Shown one piece after another: positions 23,509-36,227 of a stretch of DNA of 64,000 nt. The position numbers and the translations under genes were made by a program. Location: positions 310,001 to 374,000 of the forward strand of contig OX597816.1 in the NCBI GenBank assembly GCA_951406725.2. The letters run 5' to 3'. Source of the DNA: Octopus vulgaris (lineage: Eukaryota). Within the stretch, counting starts at the first letter, position 1. Each line of letters begins with the position of its first letter. Below the pieces are notes generated by a model. That model did no database searches. It saw only the letters and a program-made list of their open reading frames with translations, and was not told the origin of the DNA.

Positions 23509-23988
23509 TCAGTACCTGGAATTGAACTCGGAATCTTAACCTCTATGCCATATGCCCGTGGGCATATGGCACAATGGTATTATATTGCACCTAGCTGTTT
23601 ATATTAATTCTTATATATAATTAAGAGTTTCTCTCAGTTTCCTTCTCAAAATACACTCACAAGGTTTTGGTCAGCCAGGGACTATAGTAGAAGATAGTTG
23701 CCCAAGGTGCCATGCAGTGAGATTGGATCCCAAATCTTTTGGTTGGGAAGCAAACTTTTTTAGCAACTATAAAATAGACAAAAGGTAAACAAGAAAAATA
23801 TAAGAAGCTGAGAGATTTATAAAGGAAAACCTTTGAGTAGAATAAACTTGAGAAAATGACTGTTGAAAGATTGAAAATAGCTTTTGACATACTTCTTGAA
23901 ATGAAAATGATTTCATGCTGAAGAAATTAATCAAAAATTTGATTTCATTTATAAAATACAAAACAATATGAGTTCAATTCTCTTTTAC

Positions 23989-24071
23989 CTCGCATTTGCA
24001 ATGGAGACATAGATCTTCTGGCTTTGGTTGAGTTATTTCACCAACATGTTCTGCAGTACACTGTGTAGAAA
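23989..24071 (-). CDS. KCP: KCP-like exon M (FSTQCTAEHVGE...LCLHCKCE)
   Basis: ttcag acceptor, GAG|GTAAAA donor, 83 nt, phase 1-0. Confidence 0.85.
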
Positions 24072-24507
24072 CTGAAAGAGAGATCAAAATGTGACGGATT
24101 ACATCAACTCATTAATATTTCTGTTGAAATACGCTGCCTTTGTTAATAATGAAGAATTTCGAAAAATAACCGTCATTATCAGAATAATGTTTGTAATATT
24201 AACATGGAATTTTGATGGAAGGTTTTAATTTAGATTATTTTAAAGCAGGAAGTTTGTATCATTAGACCGAGAGGGAATTAGGTGGGTTAGTATCTAAAGA
24301 GTTGAGGGGAAACAAAAAAAGAAGAAAATCACCAACAATTTTGTAAAACACTGTAGCCAAAAGAAGAACTTGGATACACAAAACCTCAAGAAGATATTTT
24401 AGGTTTAATTTCTTTTCTACCTTTTAATGACAATGGTAAGCAATTTCTAAGAAGATAAAGATATTGTATAAGGGAAGAGAAAGTAGTTGGTGTAGATAAA
24501 CACTTAC

Positions 24508-24616
24508 AGCCAGAACATGTTGGACAGCAAAACCCTGGTTGTGGGTCAACTAACAGAAATTCAGGACACATTGTCATGTCTGGACAGGATAGTCGAGCAC
24601 ATTTCAATTTTCCATT
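24508..24616 (-). CDS. KCP: KCP-like exon L (NGKLKCARLSC...FCCPTCSG)
   Basis: ttcag acceptor, GTAAGT donor, 109 nt, phase 0-1. Confidence 0.9.
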
Positions 24617-24880
24617 CTGAAATATAATAATATTGATAATATATAAATACACACACACACACACACACACACATGTAAAAACATACATATTGTGAAAAGT
24701 AGATTGTACAATGTTTGTGCATGAACAGCATTAATAATGGTAGTGAAACATGCCCTCCCCCAACACACCACACACACACGTAGTACCACCAATTTCCTAA
24801 CTTAATCTTCCCTCCAAACCCTCATTCATTGATCTTTCTACCACTTGCAAAACTGCAATAACTGCAGCTGTAACCAAATG

Positions 24881-24930
<50 letters not shown>

Positions 24931-24934
<4 letters not shown>

Positions 24935-25110
24935 AGAATTCACAAAAAAACAAAAGACAAAGACAGGTGGTGTAGACAACAAACAGATGTATTTGTATAA
25001 CACTCAGAAAGTGAAAAAGTCTTTAACATTTCAAGCCTACGCTCTTCCACAGAAAGAAACAAGGAGGGAAAATAAAGAATGTGTAGTGGCTAGTGATTTA
25101 TCATGGCAAA
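24931..25110 (-). mobile_element. Penelope-like terminal repeat fragment with hammerhead-like motif (25021-25056); paralog at 53413-53635
   Basis: Two homologous ~180-bp copies; motif CUUU CUGUGGA A GAGC GUAG GCUU GAAA UG UU AAAG. Confidence 0.6.
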
Positions 25111-25619
25111 TATATATATATATATATATATATGTATTTGTATTATAACCCGTATTCATTCAGGTCTACTTGGGCCACATTTTAAAGATGAAGAATTTTG
25201 CCCTAGAGGCCACGCCTTTCAATTGAGCAATCTCAAAGTTGCCATGCAAACTCGCCAGCACTTTTAACATAGGTGTGCAAATTTTCATGTCAATCCGACC
25301 ACATTTACTAACACTTTTGCCTGCCCAATTGCTTGTGAGACAACGTCCACCCATTTCACAAATATATAGTAGATATATATATCATCATCAAGTGTTTTAA
25401 TTCCAGGTTTTATCCCAGTTAAAAAGGGTGGCCGGATCAACCTCAATGCCATAGCAACCAAGGAAGGCAGTCCACCCCAAACTTTGGGCTGACTGGTACC
25501 CATTCTCCTTTGCTATTATGAGGCTTTTTGGAGCTGGATCTTCTATGGGGAGCATGCCCTTGCTTACCCCCAACCTCAGTTTCTAGTCATGAGTGGTCCC
25601 GAGACCAAGGCCTCTACCA

Positions 25620-27400
25620 CGATTTAGGAGAGAAATGTGTCCACATGGATAATAATGGCTCACTTGCAGTTAGTGATTCTGTGAAGAAGGAGGCTTGGAA
25701 GTGCCACTATCAAAGGTTGCTAAATGTAGAGAATGCATAGGAGGAGAGCCTACCTAATGTGGACCCAAAAGAGGGGCCAGCTATCCAAATCGACAGTAGC
25801 TTAGTAGATAAAGTAATCAAGAATATGACGACAGGGAAAGCCTCCAGCCCATCAGGTATCACTGCTGAAATCTTAAAATATCTGGCAGAGGGGGATATGA
25901 CCTAATCACCTGAATAGTTAATCAGGTTGTCCATGAGGGAGTCATACCCAATGATTGGTGTAGCAGCATTATAGTCAACTGCTACAAATGCAAGAGTGAT
26001 GCCTTAGACAGAAATAATTACAGAAGTATCAAATCGCTGGACCAGGTGATGAAAGTTACAGAGTTGCTCAATTAATTAGGAAGAAAGTTAGCATAGATGA
26101 GATACAATTTGGATTTGTGTCAGGGAGAAGTACCACCGATGCTATCTCCCTGGTGAGGCAACTGCAGGAGAAATACTGGGCCAAAAATAAATCTATGTAT
26201 CTGGGTTTTTTGACATGGAGAAAGCCTTTGACAGGGCCCCCTGTTTCCTTATCTGGTGAGCAATTCGGAAGCTGGGATACATGAGTGCTTAGTGGTAGCT
26301 GTGCCAACCATGTACAGGGATGTCGGAAGAAACTCCATAAGGTGCACACCCAGTGCAAGCTATGGACACATAAGAGATGCAGCAGTGTCACTGGAAGACT
26401 AACAGAAAAAGTAGTTTTTACACGTGGCAGATGTGCAGGGACATTAAACACCAGGAATGTACCAAGAATAGACTCCTTCAAATGTTGAGGCTGGAGCTGT
26501 CTTTAGAAGTAGACAGTTTCTGTTACTTAGGAGACCAAGTTAGTAGTGAGGGAGATTGTTCTGAAAGCATAACTGCTAGAATAAGAATAGACTGGGTGAA
26601 GTTCAGAGAGCAGCTACCTCTGTTAGCAACAAAGAGCCTCTCCCTCAGAGTGAAAGGCAGACTGTATGATGCCTGTGCACAAACAGCTATGCTACATGGC
26701 AATGAGACATGGGCAGTGACAACTGAGGACATGTGAAGGCTTGAAAGAAATGAAGCCAGCATATTCTGATGGGTGGGTAATGCCAGTGTGCATATGTAAT
26801 AGTGTGACTTGAGAGGAAAACAAGGTATATGAAGCATGAGATGTAGTGTGCAAGAGAGAAGACTGTGCTTGTATGGCCATGTAATGCGTATGAATGAAGA
26901 CAATTGCATCAAGAAGTGCTAATCTCTAATTGTAGAGGGAACACGTGGAAGAGGCAGACCCAGGAAGAGGTGGGACAAAGTAATGAGAAAGGATCTACAG
27001 ATGATGGGACTCAGAAAGGGAATGACAAGGGACTGAGACTCCTGGTACTTTGCTGTGCTTGAAAAGACACATCAAGCTAAATGAAAAGCATGGTTGTTCT
27101 TGCATACAGGTTCAATCCCTGCGACCCCCTCCAGCTGAGCATCCCTAACTGTGTGGGTTTATGGGTGCTGGTGCCACTTAAAAAAGTACCTGTACCTGCA
27201 CCACGTAAACACACCCATGCTGGTACTGTGTAAAAGCACCCAGTCCACACTTTGTAAAGGAGCATTAGGAAAGGCATTCGACCACAGAAACCCTACCAAA
27301 ACAGACGAATGGAAACCTGAGCAGGTCTTCAGCTGGTCAGCTCCGATGAAAACTAGCCAACCTACGCCAGCAGGGAAAATAGATGGATGACGATGACGAT
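25620..27400 (+). mobile_element. Degenerate RTE-type LINE (RT, internal deletion, C-terminal, 3' UTR, GAT-like tail)
   Basis: QFGFVSGRSTTDAI, LRVKGRLYDACAQTAMLHGNETW; multiple stops. Confidence 0.88.
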
Positions 27401-27572
27401 GAGTTGCTGAAGCATGGAATAAACTGCCTGCGTCAGTTGTTGACTGCCATGACACTGCATCCTTTAAGGCCCTCATGCTTTCCGAAATCCGCCGAAACTA
27501 CACCTGATTATATATACACTTTAGATGAGTTGTAGTGCACCTGAGCACTGTACACAATTATTATTATTATTA
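27401..27572 (+). mobile_element. Short 3' fragment of the CR1/L2-group LINE seen at 7912-8182
   Basis: Near-identical sequence lacking about 90 bp of 3' UTR; (TTA)n tail. Confidence 0.9.
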
Positions 27573-28579
27573 TATATATATATATAAAGATAAAATAGTA
27601 GCGATAGCCACCTTCATTACACTGCTGATGTCAGCATACATACATGCATGATGATGAAACAGGAAGAGATTCAATGGGGAGATAGCGTGTGCAGGTAGGG
27701 TTAGATGGAGGGGAATGCAACAAATGTTGAGTATGGGTGGGGGAAGGGGATTGTTGAGAAGTTGGGTTGTAGGGGACAGATTGTGTGTGTGGTGGTGGGG
27801 GAGCATGGACATAAGGGACATGCATTTATGGTCTTTATTTCACTTAGGTCGATGGGTCAGTAAATCACTGATTCTTTGGATCCTTCGTCATCTCCTTTGA
27901 GATGCTCATTATCTAATTATCGTTTCTCACCACTTCCTCCCATGTCTTCCGGCACCTTCTCCCTCCAGATTTAGAGATCGGCACAGATGTTTGATGATGA
28001 TGATGATGATGATGATAATTATGGCTCCTTTCAGTTTCCATTTATAAAATTCACTCATAACATTTTGGTTGACTCAAGATTATATTAGAAAAAGATGCAG
28101 AGCTGTGGGGCTGAACCTGAAACCACATGGTTGGGAAACAGACTTCTTAACCACACAGCCATACATTATCTATACTTGCCTATATATCTATCTACATATC
28201 ATCATCGTTGCCAGAGCTGGCAAGCTGGGGAACTGCACCAGACTCCAATCTGCTTTGGCTTGCTTTCTATGGCTGGATGCCCTTCCTAATGCCAACCACT
28301 TTACACAGAATGTGCTGGGTGCCTTTATATGACACTACATGGGTGCCTTTATGTGGTGCCACATGAAGACTTGATGAATGGGTGAGTGGAACGATGGATG
28401 AATTAAACAGAGGTAGGTATGTAGAGCATGTAGGCAATAAAATATTGCAGTGCTGCCATCTAGTGGACAGTGACATAGGGTTTGACAAGAAGGGAGGTTC
28501 CATATTATAAATGCTAGCCAAAGAAAACAGCATAGAAGCTAAGGATTTCTTTTGATTATTTGAGAAATCAGAGACTTAC

Positions 28580-28662
28580 CTCACAAATGCAAGGTTCACA
28601 GGGGTCGCTATTCAAATTGAACTGGGCTCCTTCTTGGTAAGTAATGCCCTGATGGGTGCAGC
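28580..28662 (-). CDS. KCP: KCP-like exon K (SCTHQGITYQEGAQF...PCEPCICE)
   Basis: poly-T then taag acceptor, GAG|GTAAGT donor, 83 nt, phase 1-0. Confidence 0.88.
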
Positions 28663-28868
28663 CTTAAAAAAAATATATTTTATGAATTTCAAAAGCCATT
28701 AATAAGAAATTTTTTTTTCTCAGTCTAAAGCCATATTTCTTCTGTCAGTTGATTTGACTTGTGGTGTTGTAGGGATTTTTAGACAGGAGCAGACAGGAAT
28801 TGAAACAATATCCAAGTTGACAGGAACAGAACTCAAATACTGCAGCACTGAAATAGATATTCTAGGAC

Positions 28869-28904
<36 letters not shown>

Positions 28905-29419
28905 GCGTGCATGTGTGTGTGTGTTTATATGTCATCATCATCATCTTTTAACAACTGATGTCCATGCTGGTATGGGTTGGATGGTTTGACCAGGGTTGGC
29001 AAGCCGAGGAGCTGCATCAGTCTGATTTGGCATGGTTTCTACGACAGGATACCCTTTCCAATGCTAACCGCTCCAAGAGTGTAATGGGTACTTTTATGTA
29101 CAACTGGCTTCATGGGTACCATTTGTGTGACACAAGTATCTGCAACGACTACAATTTCACTTGGCTTCATGGGTCTTCTTCTCAAGCACGGCCATAATGC
29201 CAAAGGTCTCAGTCATTTGTCATTGCCACTGTGAGGTTCAACATGCAAAAAGTGCTTTTTACATGCCACAGCACAGGTGCCAGGTGACAAGACACTAGCA
29301 TCGGGCTCATTGTCTCAATCAGGCCCAATACTCAACAGGTACTTTTTACCTGCCAATGGCATTGGCCACATTGCCTCTGTGAAGCCCAACGTTTGAATGG
29401 TGCTTTTTATGTCCTAGTC

Positions 29420-30870
29420 ACATGCATCTCTTCTTGCTAATCTGAGGAGGAACTCACTGGATTCTGGTTATATTCCTGAGAACTTTCAGTTCCAGTCTAT
29501 TGTCCCAGTTTTCAAAAAGGGAAACAAGTCCCTAGCAGTGAACTAATGGCTAACCTCGCTCACCTCTCATGTCATCAAGGTATTTGAGAGGGTGGTGAGA
29601 TCACCCATGTTGGTTGGGGTTCAGACTGCCTAACGCAGCTCCTGCATCACCTTGATGACATTTTGAGAGCTTTAGGAGAGGACTCGAATACTGATGTCAC
29701 CTACCTTGATTTCAGCAACGCCTTTGAAAAACCCTATCCAGCATTGGTGTTACTGGAAAGTTACTACAATGGATCGTGTGTTTCCTGACAGGCAGAACCC
29801 AGCATGTGTAGTCGAAGGAGTAAAATCAAACCCAGCCCAAGTCAGTAGTGGTATTCCACAAGGCACTATGTTGGGTCCACTTCTTTTCATCATCTACATC
29901 GATGATGTTACTGACATCATCAAGCACAGTAACATAAGAATCTTTGCAGATGATTCCAAGATCCAAAAGGTCATCAATGAAGTGGGTGACCAGACATGCC
30001 TTCAGTCAGATTTAGTGGCTGTCATCCAATGGGTGGAAAAGAATAATATGCTGCTGAACGAGGACAAATTTGAGTTGATCTACTTTGGAAGAGAGGATAC
30101 CCTGAAACTCCAATACTCCCTTCCTTCGGGTGAAACTCACATGGCATTCAATGACATCAGAGACTTGGGAGAAATTGTGGACAACAACATAAGCTGGGCC
30201 ACTCATATAAACAGCAATGTTGACATGGCCTGCAGAATGTGATCCAGAATTCTCAGAACTTTCCAGTCATGAGATATCCACACCATTATCCTTCTCTTCT
30301 CTACTTTTGCTGGACCCCACCTGGAATGCTGTTGTCCACTGTGGTCTCCCTACATGAAACAAAGGTCAATTACAAAAAAGATAGATAGCATGACAGGCCT
30401 TGACTATTGGGGTCAACTAGAAAAGCTCAAGCGTTATTCTCTCCAACGCCAGCATGAGCACTACATCATCTGCATGATGTAGAAAATATTCCATCAGCAT
30501 TGCTCAAATGATATTGGTATCGCCTTTAAGATACACCCAAGACTTGGACTCTGTGCTATCCGCCATAACATAAATCATACCTGCATCACATCACCACAAT
30601 ACAGCACAATTATTTCATCTCAATTGGCCCCACTCTCTTTAACATTACACAAAAACAGAAAGCAGGAATAAACCCCATAAAGTTCAAGAAGTCTTTGGAC
30701 AGATTCCAACAAAAAATTTCAGATAAACATCCTACACCAGAATATGGCTCCAAAAACAATAACTCACTCCTTGAGTGGGCCATCTTGTCTGATTCCTGAT
30801 TTGAATGACTTTGCCAGGTGGTGTTATTAAGTTAGGCATGGCCTGGGCCAATACTACCCGAAACCTATCA
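29420..30870 (+). mobile_element. Degenerate CR1/L2-group LINE (second copy about 39950-40630)
   Basis: ORF 29694..30242 SSGIPQGTMLGPLLFIIYIDD...IFADDSKI; homologous ORF 40021..40521. Confidence 0.85.
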
Positions 30871-30893
30871 AAGTGTCAAAGTATATATGTATA

Positions 30894-31350
30894 TCATCAT
30901 CATCATCATCATCGTTTAACGTCCGCTTTCCATGCTAGCATGGGTTGGACGGTTCAACTGGGGTCTGGCAAGCCCGAAGGCTGCACCAGGCCAGTCAGAT
31001 TTGGCAGTGTTTCTACAGCTGGATGCCCTTCCTAATGCCAACCACTCCGAGAGTGTAGTGAGTGATTTTATGTGCCACTGACACAAGTGGCAGACGAGGC
31101 TGGCAGACGGCCACGCTCGGATGGTGTTTTTTATGTGCCACCGACACAGGTGCCAGACGAGGCTGGCGAACGGCCACGATCGGATGGTGTTTGTTACGTG
31201 CCCACAGCACGGAGGCCAGTCGATGCGGTACTGGCTACGGCCACGTTCGGATGGTTTTCTTATGTGCCACCAGCACTGGTACCACAAAGATACAAATTCC
31301 ATTGATGTTCATCTATTTTGATTTGGTTTGATTTTGATTTTCATTTGATT
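30894..31350 (-). mobile_element. Young RTE-type 3'-UTR copy with about 4 units of the 62-bp repeat
   Basis: Near-identical to 22686-23310 apart from repeat number. Confidence 0.85.
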
Positions 31351-31402
31351 TGATATATATATATATATATACATACGCACACACACATACACACACACAC
31401 AC

Positions 31403-31443
<41 letters not shown>

Positions 31444-32022
31444 TCATCATCAACATCATTCTTTAACATCCGTTTTCCATGCTACCATGAGTTGGACAGT
31501 TTGACTGAGATCTGGAGAGTCAGTGGTTGCACCAGGCTCCAATCTGATCTGGCAGTGTTTCTACAGCTGGATGCCCTTCCTAATGCCAACCACTCCAAGG
31601 GTGTAGTGGGTGCTTTTTATGAAATGGCTAGAAGAAAGAGGCTGAATAAAAGCGATACAATAATAATAATCATAATGGTGACTTCAATGAACTAAGATGC
31701 ACGAGTGCATGTGCGTATGTGAAAATGGTGCGTTTGAGTGTGTATGTGTGAATGGGGGCGAGTGCATGAGTATTTTGCCTGTGTGTGTGTATAAGTAACT
31801 CAGTGCGTATGTGGAGCGATATGCCTTTTATGTACTGGTGTGTATGTGTGTGTGCATTTGGATGTGTGTACATATGTGTGGGGTTATCATGTGCGTGTGC
31901 AAAGACATGAGCCTGTGTGTGTGTGTATGTGTACAAGCAACCTAGAGTATAGGTTGTCTGAAGTGATGTGCGTTTTGTGTATGTGTGTGTGCGTGCATAT
32001 GGACATGTGTGAGAGTTTAACA

Positions 32023-32416
32023 TGCAGGAGTGGCTGTGTGGTAAGTAGCTTGCTAACCAACCACATGGTTCCGGGTTCAGTCCCACTGCGTGGCATCTTG
32101 GGCAAGTGTCTTCTGCTATAGCCCCGGGCCGACCAATGCCTTGTGAGTGGATTTGGTAGACGGAAACTGAAAGAAGCCTGTCGTATATATGTATATATAT
32201 ATATGTTTGTGTGTTTGCCCCCCTAGCATTGCTTGACAACCGATGCTGGTGTGTTTACGTCCCCGTCACTTAGCGGTTCGGCAAAAGAGACCGATAGAAT
32301 AAGTACTGGGCTTACAAAGAATAAGTCCCGGGGTCGATTTGCTCGACTAAAGGCGGTGCTCCAGCATGGCCGCAGTCAAATGACTGAAACAAATAAAAGA
32401 TAAAAAAGATAAAAGA
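32023..32416 (+). mobile_element. Full-length tRNA-derived SINE of the octopus type (many partial copies elsewhere)
   Basis: A box TGGCTGTGTGG, B box GGTTCAGTCCC, CTTGGGCAAGTGTCTT core, internal TA/TG microsatellite, A-rich tail. Confidence 0.85.
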
Positions 32417-33063
32417 TGCATGTGGATGTACAAACACTGGTGATTAGCAGTTGATGTGTGCTTGTTCAGGTGGTGTGCGTGCGTGCGTGTGTATGTGTCT
32501 GTGACCATATAGTGTGCATGTGTGTGTTTGTATTTATGCGTGTTGTGTTTGTGTGTGTATATTGCCTGTGTTCAGGCATTTTGTATTTTTTGGAGTGAAT
32601 GCTGTGTGTTGTGGGGGAGTGCATAAGTGTGAGATGGGGTGGGGGTGGCAAGAGATACGGGTTAGGAGGTGGTATAGGAGTGAGATGGTGTGAGTAGGGG
32701 TGGGGTTTGTCAGATATTGGGTGCGAGTGGGAATGCATGTGAGTGTGTGAGGGTGTGGGAGTGTGCATGGTGGTGTGTGCACTGAGTTGAACAGTGTGTA
32801 AGGTTGCTCGTATAGTGGTGTGGTGAAGCTATTGAAGAGTGTGCATGGGTGAGTGGATAATGGTGTGTATGGAGTGGAAAGGTGTTTCTGAGTGTGTGTA
32901 TGTGTGTGTGTGTGATGTGAGTAATGAGTTGAATAGTGTGTATGAGTGTTTGTATAGTAGTGTCATCTGGTGAGGGTACTAAGGTAGGTGGTGTGCTGGT
33001 GTGTGAGTGAGGGGGGGGGCGGTTGAAAGATAAAGGTGTGTGGGAACTTGTGTGGGGTTGGTG

Positions 33064-33420
33064 TTAGATGAAAAGAGGTGGTGAGTTGGGAACATAAAGG
33101 GCAAAGGAATGAAGGGAGAAGATTAGTTCCTGTTCATAGTGAAGGAGGGAGTTTGGGTGGCCTCTATGCAGAGATAATCCGAATACAGACAGATGTTGTT
33201 GCAAATGACCAGTGGAGCGAAAGTGGTGGGAGACCAGGGTGTCACTGCCGAGTCTGGTGTCTTGGAGGTGCTCAGCAAACCAGTCAACCAAGCAGCATCC
33301 CATCTGACCAATGTACAAGGAAGGACAAAGAGAAAGAGCAGGAGATGCAGTAGATAACATTACTGGAGGTGCAGGTAAAGGTGTTGGTGATGTGATAGGG
33401 GAGGTGGTGGGTGCCAGTGA
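33064..33420 (-). mobile_element. Penelope-like GIY-YIG endonuclease relic
   Basis: Two frames give ITNTFTCTSSNVIYCISC / LCPSLYIGQ...FAEHLQD...VSHHF...EQELIFSL. Confidence 0.8.
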
Positions 33421-33925
33421 GGATAGCACTGTTGGAGAGGTAGGGGTAGGTGCAACAGCATGGGTGAGAGAAGGGGAAGGAGCCAGGCTGGGAGGCAGGA
33501 GTAGGGAAGAAACTGTGAACCAGGAGGTCATGCAAGTTATGGGCTCATTTAAAGGAGGGAAGGAGTATGTGTAAGGTGGCAGGGTCGAATTGGAGTCGAA
33601 GGAAGGCTCAGAGAATGGTGCACTGAAGGAGTTGAGTGGAGGAGTGATGAGGAGAAAAGGGAAGCAGGTAAGGGTAGAGCATGTGCAAGGAGAGAGAGTA
33701 GAGGCATGGTCAATCGATTGTACCCAAGCAAGGGCAGCGTGGATAAGGGTGAGGGAATATCCAATGTAAGGTGAAGTAGAGAGTTGAGACAGGGTCTCAA
33801 AGTCACAGTCATCACTGCAGAACCAGGAGGAATTGAGAGTAGGGGATGGAGGGCTTGGTGTGAGGAGGAGAAATTGAAATAGGAGTGTGAGTCTGTGTTT
33901 GTAGTGGATGGAATGTGTGTGTGTG

Positions 33926-33973
<48 letters not shown>

Positions 33974-34363
33974 CACACACACACACAAAGTGTGATTAGC
34001 TGTAAGAAATTTTGTGCCCTTTCACATCAATGTTAAGGGAGGGTGGTGTGACTGCCTCCCTGAATCCCAACCTGCTATGGGTCTGGTGAATTCCTCTATA
34101 TAGGGAGATGAAATCAGGGCATTCAATTCAATATTCCATCATATTGCTTCAATAATTACATCATTTATCAATTATACGTTCACAGTATAATTACATAAGT
34201 ATGAAAACTTATTAGAAATTTTAAGAGGAAAAACTTTTAGAAGTTGCCTCTTTTGTGCCTTCTAGTTGGTATTGAACGTAAACAATTTTAACAACACAAA
34301 ACTGAACGATTTCTGCACAGCTCCTACAGACAAGAATTAAGCTGAGAATACTTATTGCCTTAC

Positions 34364-34537
34364 TTGGACACACAGGACAGCATTGATCTGGTTCTTCAAC
34401 GTAATTGGAACATGGCACGATACACTGGAGTTCCAAGCATGTAACGGAACCATCATGGCAGATACAAGAGGTGCAGGAGTCGTCATCTGAGAACCACATT
34501 GCTCCATTCTTGTAAGAACGGTCTTTATAAGTACATT
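34364..34537 (-). CDS. KCP: KCP-like exon J (one complete VWC: ECTYKDRSY...QCCPVCP)
   Basis: tgcag acceptor, GTAAGG donor, 174 nt, phase 1-1. Confidence 0.92.
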
Positions 34538-34650
34538 CTGCAAAATAAATATGATAACAGTAATTTCAGGACTTAGATATCATTCAACTTGCTTTTAGGG
34601 GTTAACAGGTGGCTTCAGAGAACAGTTTTGAAAAAGAAATGTGTCTTTAC

Positions 34651-34744
34651 CTTGACACTGAGCACAACATTGTCCTGGTAATCTTTCCGCCAAGGGACAA
34701 TTAAGTGGAGGGCAGCTTTCTTTAATACAAATCACATTACCATT
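34651..34744 (-). CDS. KCP: KCP-like exon I (NGNVICIKESC...GQCCAQCQ)
   Basis: ttcag acceptor, AAG|GTAAAG donor, 94 nt, phase 0-1. Confidence 0.9.
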
Positions 34745-35161
34745 CTGAAATTGTAGCATTTAGAAATTGAAAACTGAGAATCGCAAATTAAAATTTCAAA
34801 AGTTTCTATTTCTTCTTTTTCAACAGTTCTTCCATTTATGTTCTTGCAAAATGGAACTACTTTAGCCCAGATTTTCTTCAGTTCTATCGACAACCATTTC
34901 CAAGAGTTTGAAGAATGTGGAACCAATGAGAGAGAGAGTGTGTGTGTGTGTGTATCTATTCTAAACTGTTACAATGTCAGTATTTTCAACTGAAGTAAAA
35001 CAATAGGGTAAGAGTAAAATTATTGTCCCATATGAAACTATGTAAGTTATTCCCTAACCCTGCTAGAAACTCCTGAACTTACAAAAGACTGAGCAGAGAA
35101 CCATTGTATTAACAACAGTGAAATAAATAACACTTTGAAAATATTTCCAAATAAAACATAC

Positions 35162-35326
35162 CCTGCATGTACATGTCTGGCATGCATCTTTCTTAAAGCT
35201 GTGGCCATTGGATATGGAGTTGCCTTCATAGACACAGTCATAACACACATCACAACATTTATCAGTGGAAGGATGAGTGCAGGTCACAGGATTGCACTGT
35301 AGTGAGGAACAGTTGACATGGCCAGC
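35162..35326 (-). CDS. KCP: KCP-like exon H (AGHVNCSSLQC...CQTCTCR)
   Basis: tttag acceptor, AGG|GTATGT donor, 165 nt, phase 0-0. Confidence 0.9.
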
Positions 35327-36141
35327 CTAAAAGACAAGACATAGAATTATAATGAAGCCAAGAGAAAGTTACGTTGCCTTTTATATTAGAAAAACAATGT
35401 TGTGAAAAGTTAAAAGTAATTTATTAAAGTTAATTTGTAATGTAAAAAAAGGAACAGCAACTACAGGTGAAAAAAGAAACAGCAGCTACAGGTGAAAACT
35501 ACTTACAACAAATCTCATCATCATTTTAATGCTTACTTTTCTATGCCTGTATGGATAAGACAGAATTCATTGAAACAGGTTGGTTTTTGGCCAAATGCAC
35601 TTACTGTCCCCAACCTTCGCCTGTTTCCAAGTAAGGTAATATTTTCCCATGGCTGGACATGTTTTCATGGAACATTAGAAATGAAGGACATCAGTCTATG
35701 ATGGTGATACTCATTTATGAATGTCACACAATGCCAAGAGAAGGAGACACTAATGTACTCACACACAAATATACAACAGGCTTCAATCAGTTTCGGTCTA
35801 CCAAATCCACTTACAAAGCTTTGGTTGGCTTTATCTACTAAAAGATACTTGCCCAAGATCCCACACTGTGGGATTAAACCCAAAACTATGCGGATGGGAA
35901 ACAAACTTCTTTACTACACAACCACGTCTGTGTCTAGAATCCATGATACAAAAAATTCACACAACAGTAAAATAGATTTGAATCCTTTTGCAACTGAATA
36001 GAAAAGGATTATATTAAAGAAAAGCTTTTATACTTAATAGTTTTTGTTTTTTTATTTTCATAATTTAAGAAAAACTAAGAAAACATCTCATCCTATTTAT
36101 GGACCATAATAAAGAAATTAAATATGTTTTAAGTTACTAAC

Positions 36142-36227
36142 AAGACAGGCACATTCTTTACACTGGTCTGAAGCATCAGCAAAGTTTTCACCATTTTCAT
36201 AAACTTGTCCATTATATTCACAAGCAT
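36142..36227 (-). CDS. KCP: KCP-like exon G (DACEYNGQVYENGENF...CKECACL)
   Basis: tctag acceptor; CTT|GTTAGT donor chosen to keep phase 0 with the next exon; 86 nt. Confidence 0.87.

Noticed and set aside
33420-33984. Pro/Ser/Thr-rich part of the 306-aa ORF 33064..33984
   Set aside because: Starts in a microsatellite and reflects pyrimidine-rich composition; only the C-terminal GIY-YIG relic is meaningful
34079-34124. CUGGUGA-hairpin-GAAA motif (+)
   Set aside because: A6 is changed, there is no UH triplet, and stem I is weak
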